Assembly: GCA_045536245.1 (NCBI GenBank)
Contig: JAZSNE010000001.1
Coordinates: 36,789 to 100,788 of the forward strand
Source of the DNA: Acutalibacteraceae bacterium
Lineage (GTDB): Bacteria > Bacillota > Clostridia > Oscillospirales > Acutalibacteraceae
Reading direction: 5' to 3'
Length of the DNA stretch: 64,000 bases
Shown: piece after piece, positions 46,684-55,057 of the stretch
How positions within the stretch are numbered: the stretch's first letter is position 1
How the letters are laid out: each line of letters opens with the position of its first letter
The notes under the pieces: model-generated
What the model was told of the DNA's origin: nothing
Databases searched by the model: none
What the model saw: the letters and a program-made list of their open reading frames with translations, nothing else
Program-made: the position numbers and the translations under genes

Positions 46684-47550
46684 TTATTCAGACATTTTAA
46701 GGATTTCGGCAGGTGTGAATCTGTATTTTTTATCGCAGAAATGGCAGCTTACCTCTGTTACAGGGTCGTTGGCCATTTCTTTAAGCTCATCCTTGCCGAG
46801 AGTGAGCAGAGCCTTTGAAACCCTTTCTTTTGAGCAGTTGCACTTATACTCGGGCGATGAAGCGTCAAGAAAATCAAGCTCAAAGCTTTTGAGCACACTG
46901 CGGCAAATCTGCTCGGGTGTCATACCGCTTGTGAGCATCTGCGTAACCGAGGGTATATCCTTGATGCACTCCTCAACCATATCAATTGTGTCATCCATTG
47001 CGGTGGGCAGAAGCTGAATCATAAAGCCGCCTGCCGCCTTGATGGTGAGGTCGGGGTTAACGAGCACGCCCAGAGCGCAAACGGTGGGAGTCTGCTCGCT
47101 TGTTGCAAAATAGCTTGTTATATCCTCTGCGATTTCGCCGGTCACAATCGGAATCTGACCGATATAAGGCTCTTTCATACCGAGGTCTTTCATAACGGTG
47201 AGGGTGCCGTTGGTGCCGACTGCGCCCGCAACGTCAAGCTTACCTTTAATGTTAAGCGGAATTTCAACAACGGGGTTTGCAACGTAGCCTCTGACGTTAC
47301 CGAAGCTGTCTGCAACGGCAATAACCGAGCCTGCAGGACCGTCGCCGTTTATGCGCAGAGTTACGCTGTTATCCTTGCCTTTCAAAACGGCGCCCATCAT
47401 TGAAGCCGCAGTGAGCAGTCTGCCCAGAGCCGCTGAGGTTACGGCAGACGTGCGGTGAATCTGCTCCATTCTGTTTATCATATCGGTTGAGTCAACTGCC
47501 ATAACGGTCAGAGTGCCGTCAACCGCAATCATTCTTACAAGTTCGCTCAT
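46684..47550 (-). CDS. hslO: Hsp33 redox-regulated chaperone
   Basis: AALGRLLT, GEIAEDI.YFATSEQ, C-terminal CNC...CHFC Zn motif. Confidence 0.97.
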   Translation of the reverse strand: MSELVRMIAVDGTLTVMAVDSTDMINRMEQIHRTSAVTSAALGRLLTAASMMGAVLKGKDNSVTLRINGDGPAGSVIAVADSFGNVRGYVANPVVEIPLNIKGKLDVAGAVGTNGTLTVMKDLGMKEPYIGQIPIVTGEIAEDITSYFATSEQTPTVCALGVLVNPDLTIKAAGGFMIQLLPTAMDDTIDMVEECIKDIPSVTQMLTSGMTPEQICRSVLKSFELDFLDASSPEYKCNCSKERVSKALLTLGKDELKEMANDPVTEVSCHFCDKKYRFTPAEILKMSE

Positions 47551-47554
47551 AATA

Positions 47555-48295
47555 TCACTTCTTCTTTGCTAAAAATACTGCACGCTCCGTTTCGGGGTGT
47601 GCTTTTTCTGTTGTCATATCGTCAAATATTCCCACAACCTCAAAGCCTGCTTCTTCAAGCCACTTTACAATTTCGTCAAGGTCATACGCCCTTTCCGTAA
47701 AGCTTTCGCCCGAGCGGTAATATGCGCCGTCATCTTCTTCAAAGAAATCAAGCGTAATATCAACGCTGCCGTCGTCTTGGTTAAAGCTGTTCTGCCAGAC
47801 GCAGTAAAGCTCGTCAAGGTCATAAACAAAGGTGTTATCGGCAAGAACGTTTTTGTGCTTATGGAGCGTATTAACGTCAAACGCAAACGCACCGCCCTTG
47901 TTCATAAAGAGCGAAACCTTTTTAAAGGTGCGCCTGACCTGCTCCGCATTTTCAAGGTGATTGATGCTGTCCAGCACGCAGACTGCGCAGTCAACAGTGC
48001 CGTAAAGGTCAATATCGTCCATACTCTGGTTGAGCAGAAGAATCTGTTTGCCGCTTTCAAAAGCCTTTTCACGCGCCGCATTGAGCATACCTATGCTTGA
48101 ATCAACGCCGATAACGTCAAATCCCATCTCTGCCATTGCAACGGATATGCTGCCCGTGCCGCAGGCAAGGTCAAGCAGAATGCCGTCCTTTATGCCGCAC
48201 AAGGAAAGAAGCCTGCAAAAATAATCTGCACGCTTCTGATATTCCACATTATCTGTTAAGAGATCATAGTAACGGGAGAAATTATCGTAAGACAT
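47555..48295 (-). CDS. Class I SAM-dependent methyltransferase
   Basis: LLDLACGTG, GVDSS..ML, CVLDSINHL. Confidence 0.9.
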   Translation of the reverse strand: MSYDNFSRYYDLLTDNVEYQKRADYFCRLLSLCGIKDGILLDLACGTGSISVAMAEMGFDVIGVDSSIGMLNAAREKAFESGKQILLLNQSMDDIDLYGTVDCAVCVLDSINHLENAEQVRRTFKKVSLFMNKGGAFAFDVNTLHKHKNVLADNTFVYDLDELYCVWQNSFNQDDGSVDITLDFFEEDDGAYYRSGESFTERAYDLDEIVKWLEEAGFEVVGIFDDMTTEKAHPETERAVFLAKKK

Positions 48296-48582
48296 TATTC
48301 TTCCATCCTCTTGAAAATCTCTTCGTAGCCGTTACAGCCGTACTGCAACGAACGGTTAACACGGCTGATTGTTGCGGTGCTTGCGCCTGTTTCGCTGACG
48401 ATGTCGCTGTAAACCTTTTTATCACGCAGCATCTTGGCAACAACAATTCTCTGCGAAATGGATTTTATTTCGGTAACGGTGCAGAGATCCTCAAAGAAAT
48501 CGTAGCACTCTTCCATTGTGCGCAGGTTAAGAATTGCTTCAAAGAGAAAATCAACGTTCTTATCTTTAATTTTATCGCTCAT
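48295..48582 (-). CDS. TrpR-like YerC/YecD DNA-binding protein
   Basis: FFEDLCT..EI..ISQR, ETGASTATISRVNRSL.YG. Confidence 0.92.
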   Translation of the reverse strand: MSDKIKDKNVDFLFEAILNLRTMEECYDFFEDLCTVTEIKSISQRIVVAKMLRDKKVYSDIVSETGASTATISRVNRSLQYGCNGYEEIFKRMEE

Positions 48583-48712
48583 ATTAAACCGCCTTTCCGA
48601 TTTATGCGCTTTTACACTTTAATATTTTAACACGTGAAACGTAAAATGTAAAGAAAAATTTTATTTTTAATAAGAAAAAACAAAATTTGTTTCAAGATAA
48701 TCAATTTGTCTA

Positions 48713-48741
48713 TTGCACCCAAGGAATAAAATGTATATAAT
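48713..48741 (+). promoter_or_regulatory. Sigma-A promoter of galT
   Basis: TTGCAC-17-TATAAT. Confidence 0.7.
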
Positions 48742-48771
48742 AATGAAAGCAAATGTAAACGGAGGTTTATT

Positions 48772-50259
48772 ATGACAGATTCATATATCAAAGCATTAAT
48801 CAATTATGCGATAAAAAACAACCTCATTGAAGAAAGCGACAGATACTACTGCACAAACGCCGTTCTTTCAATGCTTAAGATGGATGCATATGACGACAGC
48901 TGCGAGGCTGCACAGGGCGAAATTAACGAAATATTGGACAAGCTTTGCGACGTTGCGGCAGAAAAAGAAATCATTATTGATTCAATTACATACAGAGACC
49001 TTTTTGACACGGCAATTATGGGCGTGCTGACCCCCAGACCCTCACAGGTTATTGAAAAATTCAACGCACTCTATGCCGAATCACCCGAAAAGGCAACCGA
49101 CTATTATTACAAACTCAGCGGTGACACAAACTATATCCGCCGTGACAGAATCGCAAAAATCCTCAAATGGCAGCAGACGGGCGAATACGGCACAATTGAC
49201 ATAACCGTTAACCTTTCAAAGCCCGAAAAAGACCCCAAGGCTATCGCCATCGCAAAGAATGCACCGCAGTCGGGTTATCCCAAATGTATGCTCTGCAGAG
49301 AAAACGAGGGCTACGCAGGCAGAGTTGATTTCCCTGCAAGGCAGAATCACAGGATTATTCCCATCACCATAGACAATTCACCGTGGTTTATGCAGTATTC
49401 ACCCTACGTTTATTATAACGAGCACTGCATTGTTTTCAACAGCAAGCATCTGCCGATGACCATTGATAAATCCGCTTTTGCAAAGCTGCTTGAATTCACA
49501 GCACGTTTCCCCCACTATTTCATCGGTTCAAACGCTGACCTGCCCATCGTTGGCGGTTCAATCCTCAGCCACGAGCATTTTCAGGGCGGCAGATTTGAGT
49601 TTGCCATGGAGCGTGCACCGATTGAAACAAAAATCAGCTTCAACGGCTTTGAGGATATTGAAGCAGGCATCGTGAAATGGCCTATGTCAACAATCCGTCT
49701 GCTCTCTGACTGCCGTGAAAGACTTGTTGAGCTTGCAGACAAAATTCTCACAAAGTGGAGAGCATACAGCGACGAAAGCGCATTCATCTTTGCAGAAACA
49801 GACGGCACACCGCACAACACAATAACACCCATTGCAAGACGCAGGGGCGAAAAATTTGAGCTTGACCTTGTTCTGCGCAACAACATCACAACAGACGAGC
49901 ATCCCATGGGCGTTTATCACCCCCATGCAGAGCTGCACCACATCAAAAAGGAAAACATCGGTCTGATTGAGGTTATGGGTCTTGCTGTGCTTCCGCCCAG
50001 ACTCAAGCCTGAGCTTGAAGCTCTTGCCGACGCTATCGTTAACGGCAAGGATTTGCGTGCAAACGAACTGACCGCAAGCCACGCAGACTGGGCAGAGGAA
50101 TTCATCAAGGAATATGACGAAATCAACGCAGAAAACGCAATGAGCATCATCGAAGCCGAGGTCGGCAAGGTGTTTGCAAAGGTGCTTGAGCACGCAGGCG
50201 TTTATAAGCGCAACGAAGAAGGCAAAGCGGCATTCCTCCGCTTTGTTGAATCGGTATAA
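48772..50259 (+). CDS. galT: UDP-glucose--hexose-1-phosphate uridylyltransferase (Firmicutes type)
   Basis: INLSKPEKDPK pattern, YPKCMLC.ENEGY, QYSPYVYYNEH, NADLPIVGGSIL.HEHFQGG, KENIGLIEVMG. Confidence 0.96.
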   Translation: MTDSYIKALINYAIKNNLIEESDRYYCTNAVLSMLKMDAYDDSCEAAQGEINEILDKLCDVAAEKEIIIDSITYRDLFDTAIMGVLTPRPSQVIEKFNALYAESPEKATDYYYKLSGDTNYIRRDRIAKILKWQQTGEYGTIDITVNLSKPEKDPKAIAIAKNAPQSGYPKCMLCRENEGYAGRVDFPARQNHRIIPITIDNSPWFMQYSPYVYYNEHCIVFNSKHLPMTIDKSAFAKLLEFTARFPHYFIGSNADLPIVGGSILSHEHFQGGRFEFAMERAPIETKISFNGFEDIEAGIVKWPMSTIRLLSDCRERLVELADKILTKWRAYSDESAFIFAETDGTPHNTITPIARRRGEKFELDLVLRNNITTDEHPMGVYHPHAELHHIKKENIGLIEVMGLAVLPPRLKPELEALADAIVNGKDLRANELTASHADWAEEFIKEYDEINAENAMSIIEAEVGKVFAKVLEHAGVYKRNEEGKAAFLRFVESV

Positions 50260-50265
50260 AAAATC

Positions 50266-50289
50266 AACGGCATCCTTTCGGGTGCCGTT
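50266..50289 (+). terminator. galT terminator
   Basis: AACGGCATCC-tttc-GGGTGCCGTT plus T-run. Confidence 0.8.
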
Positions 50290-50340
50290 TTTGTTTATTT
50301 AGTTTTGTTTGTAATCCTCAGGCGTACCGCACAGCACACT

Positions 50341-50503
50341 TTGTAGGGGACGGCGACTCGACGTCCCGAACGTGACACACAGTCATAACAAAAGATCTGA
50401 CGGTTTATCGGGGGTCGCCAACCCCTACATTTATCGGATTTCGGCACACGAAATATAATCTGTTTTTTCAAATAAGCGGCGGCTTGAGGGCAAGCCGCCC
50501 TAC
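50341..50503. repeat. Cluster of GTAG-type REP-like palindromes
   Basis: GTAGGGGACGGCGACTCGACGTCCCG (50343-50368), ..GGGGTCGCCAACCCCTAC (to 50428), GCGGCGGCTTGAGGGCAAGCCGCCCTAC (50476-50503). Confidence 0.75.
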
Positions 50504-50585
50504 CCGGTTGCCGTCAGTCAATTTACAGCAAAATATGAAAAAAACACCGGACTTGTTTGGGTTCACCCCTTGCAAGCCCTGTTTT

Positions 50586-50813
50586 TTACTGTTCAATTTC
50601 TTCCTCAATCAGCTTCATCAGTGCGCTGGGTTTGATGCCCATTGCATCGGCAATTCTGAAAAAGGTTTCAATGGTCGGTTTGCGAACGCCTCTTTCGATT
50701 GCGCTCAGGTGAGTTCTGCCGATATCGGCAAGACCGCTCACAACCTCCTGCGAAAGACCTTTCTTTTCACGCACGCTCTGTATAACTCTGCCAACAATAA
50801 CCGAATCAAGCAT
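50586..50813 (-). CDS. XRE-family helix-turn-helix regulator
   Basis: REKKGLSQEVVSGLADIGRTHLSAIERGVRKPTIET. Confidence 0.92.
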   Translation of the reverse strand: MLDSVIVGRVIQSVREKKGLSQEVVSGLADIGRTHLSAIERGVRKPTIETFFRIADAMGIKPSALMKLIEEEIEQ

Positions 50814-50862
50814 CACATCATCTCCTTACAACAGAATTGTAAGCTGATACGCACCTGTTTAT

Positions 50863-50902
50863 GAATACATATGTTGACAATTGAACACAAATGTATTATA
50901 AT
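50863..50902 (+). promoter_or_regulatory. Perfect sigma-A promoter overlapped by an inverted operator-like pair
   Basis: TTGACA (50874)-17-TATAAT (50897); half-sites AATACATATGT / ACAAATGTATT with 12-bp spacer. Confidence 0.7.
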
Positions 50903-51017
50903 TTCAGCATAAAGGAGATGTTTCCGATGAACTGACATACAATTAGCATATGATATTTACATTATAGTAATATTATGGTATAATTATAATAACCAATATT
51001 AACAAGGGGGATTTTTT

Positions 51018-51467
51018 ATGTCATTAATCAGTGGATTTTTCGCAAAGATAATTGCTCTGTTTATGTCTTTGATAACTTTTATCACAGGCTTATTCGGCGG
51101 AATATTTATGCCGCCCGTTGACGGCTACGTTGCTTTGGAAAACACAAGCATTTCAACAGGAAACGGCAAATATCTTATAATCGACAGTTATGACGATTTT
51201 GTTGAGGCTGTTGGCGAAATCAAGAACGAAACCAAGAAATACGACGAAGAATATTTTGAAACAAAATCGGTTCTTGTTTTCAATGCCACTCTGCCGCAGA
51301 CAAATTACTTTGTTGTTTGCGATTCAATCGATGAAGCAGGCGAAACGGTTACGGTCAGATATCATCTTGAGAATGACGGCGGTTTTGGCGCAACAATGAT
51401 TTCATCGCAGACGGTGTTGGTCGAAATCAGCAAGAACGTAGAAAACGCAAGCATTTTGACCGTTTAA
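51018..51467 (+). CDS. Exported hypothetical protein, PrcB C-terminal-like domain
   Basis: N-terminal amphipathic helix; YDEEYFETKSVLV...VTVRY...MIS.QTVLVEISK pattern. Confidence 0.55.
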   Translation: MSLISGFFAKIIALFMSLITFITGLFGGIFMPPVDGYVALENTSISTGNGKYLIIDSYDDFVEAVGEIKNETKKYDEEYFETKSVLVFNATLPQTNYFVVCDSIDEAGETVTVRYHLENDGGFGATMISSQTVLVEISKNVENASILTV

Positions 51468-51493
51468 TTAAAACCCAACAAATAATTTCAATC

Positions 51494-51523
51494 AGGGTAG
51501 CAAGAATTTAATCTTGCTACCCT
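51494..51523. terminator. Bidirectional terminator
   Basis: AGGGTAGCAAGA-attta-ATCTTGCTACCCT. Confidence 0.75.
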
Positions 51524-51792
51524 ATTCTTCTGCGCTGGCGCGGGTTTTGTTCGCAGCTTGTTTTGCACACAAGGATTGTGTCGCTGCCGATAACGTCAAT
51601 ATCTTCCCAGCAGATGCGTATGCGCTCCCGTCTGCCGCAGATGCCGAAATATTTGGGTCTGCCGTAAACAATCAGCGCCACCACCCTGCCGCAGCTTTTA
51701 TCAACCTCAATGTCGCTCACAAAGCCGAGCCTGCAGCCGTTTGATTTGTTGATTATCTCCTTGCACCGCAGTTCGGTTATGCAACAGTTCAT
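51517..51792 (-). CDS. YlmC/YmxH family sporulation protein (PRC barrel)
   Basis: ELRCKEIIN..NG.RLG.VSDIEVD..CGRVVALIV, I.WEDI..IG.D.ILV; TAG stop. Confidence 0.9.
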   Translation of the reverse strand: MNCCITELRCKEIINKSNGCRLGFVSDIEVDKSCGRVVALIVYGRPKYFGICGRRERIRICWEDIDVIGSDTILVCKTSCEQNPRQRRRIG

Positions 51793-52109
51793 CAGCATCA
51801 CTCCGTTATATAATATGTTATTATATTTTATGCCGAAAGCGTTGAAAGGTTGACAGCGAGCCGTGCGCTCTGCGCGGCTTAAGAAGGCAAGTCAGCGCAG
51901 ACGTTGGATATCGGCAAGCAGCATAACGAGCGAATTTCTCCCTTATCTGCAGTTTTTCGGGCAGCCATACGTGGCTGCCCTTTTTATATGAAATGAATAG
52001 GTTTAAAAAAATTTCAAAATTTTTTCAAAAAAGTTTAGACCAACTCCGATTTTGCATCGTCATTAGGGTGAAAGGCAAAAAAAGCAAACAAAAATCGGAG
52101 GTAAATAAA

Positions 52110-53285
52110 ATGAAAAACACACTCAGAAAAACAATCGCACTCTTTCTCGCATCGTCAATAATCGCCACGGCGGCTGTTACCGCATCGGCGGCAGAAACAA
52201 AAACAGACGTTATTCCCCTTGAGCCGGAAATCTCACTTTCGTTCATAGAAAAGCTTGCGGAATACTTCAGAGGATTTATGGCAATATTCAGCTCGGAGCA
52301 GGAAGAAACAAGCTCGGTTGAGTTCACAATGGAGCAGGGTGAAATCTTCGGCAAAAAAGAATTCTTCAACAGCTCCCACGCCTCAACTGTTTTAAGGCTT
52401 GCAAACGGCACCGTTATTTCCGCTTGGTTCGGCGGATCAGGCGAAGGCGGCAGCGACGTTCGCATCTGGTACGCAACCTATGACGGCGAATGGAGCGACG
52501 CAAAGGTTATCGAAACGGCAGACAACGAGGCTCACTGGAACCCTGTTCTTCATGACTTCGGTTCGTTCGTAAGACTTTATTACAAGGTTGGCAAGGACAC
52601 AAAGGTATGGGTCACAAAATTCGTTGATTCTTTTGACGGCGGCAAAACCTGGACTGCTCCGCAAGAGCTTGTTGCCGGCGACACAAGCGGCGGCAGAGGT
52701 CCCGTCAGAAACAAAAACTTTGTAACGGCAGACGGCGTTATCATTGCCCCTGCATCAACAGAGCAGGGCAGCTGGAAAGCATTCTTTGACATTTCTGAAG
52801 ACGGCGGCAACACCTGGACAAAAACAGCTTATGTTGAAGCTTATGATAAAAACGGCAAAGAGGTTCAGATGATTCAGCCCACAATCTGGCAGAGCAGCGA
52901 AGGAATTCACGCAATGTTCAGAACAAAATCCGGTTATATCTACAGAAGCGATTCCTTTGACGGCGGCTACACCTGGTGCACAGCTTACTCAACAGGCATT
53001 TACAATAACAACAGCGGCATTGACTGCGTGATGACGGATAACGGCTGGCTCTGGCTTGCTTATAACCCCATCAGGGTTTCAGGCATCCGCAACAAGCTTT
53101 CACTTGCTGTTTCAAAGGATAACGGCAAAACCTGGGAGGACGTAACGGTTCTTGAATCAACTCCCCTCAACCTTTTCGCAGAGTATTCTTACCCTGCCAT
53201 TATTGCAAACGGCAACAAGCTGTTCATTACCTACACTTACAAAAGAGTTCAGATTAAATACGCTTTCATCGAATTTGAAGGCTGA
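52110..53285 (+). CDS. Secreted BNR/Asp-box beta-propeller protein (predicted neuraminidase-like)
   Basis: Signal peptide (..ASA|AE), four Asp-boxes SFDGGKTW, SEDGGNTW, SFDGGYTW, SKDNGKTW; HAST, GPVRNK, EYSYP. Confidence 0.8.
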   Translation: MKNTLRKTIALFLASSIIATAAVTASAAETKTDVIPLEPEISLSFIEKLAEYFRGFMAIFSSEQEETSSVEFTMEQGEIFGKKEFFNSSHASTVLRLANGTVISAWFGGSGEGGSDVRIWYATYDGEWSDAKVIETADNEAHWNPVLHDFGSFVRLYYKVGKDTKVWVTKFVDSFDGGKTWTAPQELVAGDTSGGRGPVRNKNFVTADGVIIAPASTEQGSWKAFFDISEDGGNTWTKTAYVEAYDKNGKEVQMIQPTIWQSSEGIHAMFRTKSGYIYRSDSFDGGYTWCTAYSTGIYNNNSGIDCVMTDNGWLWLAYNPIRVSGIRNKLSLAVSKDNGKTWEDVTVLESTPLNLFAEYSYPAIIANGNKLFITYTYKRVQIKYAFIEFEG

Positions 53286-53410
53286 TTCAATAAACAGTTA
53301 TGAGAGAAACCGTAACGGCGGCGGAAATCGGTGCTGCGATAACGCCGCTTTTCGGTTGAACAAATGAGGAGTTTAAAACATATAACAACAATCAAAAGGA
53401 GAATAAAACA

Positions 53411-53641
53411 ATGAAAAAACTCATTTTCGGTCTCGGCGTATTTTTTACAAGCGTTCTCGGCATTTTAAGCTCAATAGGATTTGACATTTTGGGCAAAATG
53501 TTTTTGGAATTGCACGGCTTTTACCCTGCAAACGCAATGGAAATGACTGGTTATTGCCTGTTTGCGTTTGTTATTACCGCCGTAATCGGTTTTGCGGTTG
53601 CTCTTGTTGGTGCATTTACCCGAGAAAAAAACATAAAGTGA
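53411..53641 (+). CDS. Small 2-TM membrane protein, MKKLI-G paralog 1
   Basis: RBS AAGGAG; 76 aa; two hydrophobic helices. Confidence 0.7.
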   Translation: MKKLIFGLGVFFTSVLGILSSIGFDILGKMFLELHGFYPANAMEMTGYCLFAFVITAVIGFAVALVGAFTREKNIK

Positions 53642-53652
53642 GGTAACGGGCA

Positions 53653-53807
53653 ATGAAAAGGCTTAAAAACAGCAAGTTTTTCTTATGGTTTGGCAAAGGC
53701 ACAAAAGCACAGGTTTTGTTAAAAAGTCAGCAGCCGTTGCCATGGCTTTTCTGATGTGTTACCTTGTCGGCTACGGCTTCGGCGCACTGCTGAAGGTTAT
53801 TGTTTAA
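53653..53807 (+). pseudogene. Probable frameshifted small membrane protein
   Basis: RBS GAGG and ATG 53653 give MKRLKNSKFFLWFGKGTK; one extra A in ACAAAAGC would continue STGFVKKSAAVAMAFLMCYLVGYGFGALLKVIV* to TAA 53807. Confidence 0.45.
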
Positions 53808-53820
53808 AGTAGGGATATGA

Positions 53821-54087
53821 ATGAAAAAAACAGTTTTCGGCATCGGCACGATGCTGTCGGGTGCAATCGTTTTGGCAGGGATTGTTATCAAAAGAGGGTA
53901 GGGAGATTATTATTCATACTCGAGGGTTGAAGATGCATTTATGATAATGATAGGAGTAGGCTTTATGCTTGCCCTGACCGCCGCCTATGACATTGATTAC
54001 AAGGCTCTGTTCGAGAAAGCCAAAGCTTTTTTCAAAAACAAAAAATCAGCAAAAATTAAAGGAGAGAACAAAGATGAAACTAACTGA
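53821..54087 (+). pseudogene. MKKLI-G paralog 2 interrupted by in-frame TAG
   Basis: MKKTVFGIGTMLSGAIVLAGIVIKRG-TAG(53899-53901)-GDYYSYSRVEDAFMIMIGVGFMLALTAAYD...ETN*, same frame, second TM after the stop. Confidence 0.65.
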
Positions 54088-54496
54088 AAAAGAAACCGCA
54101 AAAAGGATTATCACCCTTGCCGCTTATCCCGTTATCTGGGCGCTTTGCATTGCTTGCTTCTGGGTCAGAGGTGAATTCCTTGACGCTATGGGCTACAGTC
54201 TTATCGTTATCTGGTTTCTTATCCCTTTTTCAACCGCCGCTGTTTCTTTCTTCATCGGCAAAAAAGATTACCTCGGCAAGCTTAAATATGCGTCGCCTCT
54301 GTTCTTCGGAACAATGTTTATGCTTCTGGATTATTTAACTTTCAGTCTTGCCAACACAGTAGCCTTCGGCAAACTCAATGAGCCCGAAGCAGAATTGTTC
54401 GTTGCAGGCACAGCGATTTCTCTTATAAGCCTTATCATCGGAGTTGTATTTAACTATATAAATAAAAATGAACAAAAGGAGTGCATATCAAAATGA
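54074..54496 (+). CDS. 4-TM membrane protein resembling the C-terminal membrane domain of XRE membrane regulators
   Basis: DAMGYSLI..W..IP, SFFIGKKDY.GK.K, LFFG.M.ML..Y.TFSLAN; start set to MKLTEK. Confidence 0.65.
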   Translation: MKLTEKETAKRIITLAAYPVIWALCIACFWVRGEFLDAMGYSLIVIWFLIPFSTAAVSFFIGKKDYLGKLKYASPLFFGTMFMLLDYLTFSLANTVAFGKLNEPEAELFVAGTAISLISLIIGVVFNYINKNEQKECISK

Positions 54497-54732
54497 AAAA
54501 ATTAATTCTCGGTATCGTAATGTTTATTGTAGGTATATCAAAGTTTGTTGATATTTATAACATATCAACTATACTGCGCTCAGCTCAGAGTATGATGCGT
54601 TTCAACGACTTTGACTTTGTTGTCTGCACATTCTTCGGCGCAATAATGTTTATCATCGGCATTGCAGGTATTGCGGTTGCTTTTATCGGCGCATTTTCAC
54701 GCAAAAAATCAACAAGTGAGGTGGAAAAATGA
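54493..54732 (+). CDS. Small 2-TM membrane protein, paralog 3
   Basis: MKKLILGIVMF...; ATGA overlap with upstream gene. Confidence 0.7.
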   Translation: MKKLILGIVMFIVGISKFVDIYNISTILRSAQSMMRFNDFDFVVCTFFGAIMFIIGIAGIAVAFIGAFSRKKSTSEVEK

Positions 54733-54947
54733 AAAAATTAATTCTCGGCATTGCAATGCTTTTCACCGGTATGACCGCATTTGCAAAAATGTATAACACA
54801 ACGGCTGCAATTCTGATGTCCCCCCTTCAGGGCAGCGATATGAACTTTGCAGAGATTATCAGCATACTTTTCACCGCAGTTATGTTTTTGATTGGAATAA
54901 TCGGTCTGGTTTACGCCGTTGAGGACACAAAAGACAAACGAACATAA
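54729..54947 (+). CDS. Small 2-TM membrane protein, paralog 4
   Basis: MKKLILGIAMLF...; first 20 nt identical to paralog 3; ATGA overlap. Confidence 0.7.
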   Translation: MKKLILGIAMLFTGMTAFAKMYNTTAAILMSPLQGSDMNFAEIISILFTAVMFLIGIIGLVYAVEDTKDKRT

Positions 54948-55057
54948 AGGTAAACCGACTTACGTAAACACCAAATATTTTTACTCAAAAAACAGGCAAT
55001 TCGCCCATGCATTGCCTCAAAACAAAAACTTTTATCAACATTTAAGGAGATGTTACC

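Noticed and set aside
53300-53359. 19-aa ORF MRETVTAAEIGAAITPLFG as a leader peptide or bacteriocin for the membrane array
   Set aside because: No Shine-Dalgarno sequence; it overlaps the probable terminator hairpin of the BNR gene and has no double-glycine leader.
53899-53901. Amber recoding or pyrrolysine
   Set aside because: Only one in-frame TAG was found, ylmC uses TAG as a true stop, and no pyl genes or suppressor tRNA are in the window.
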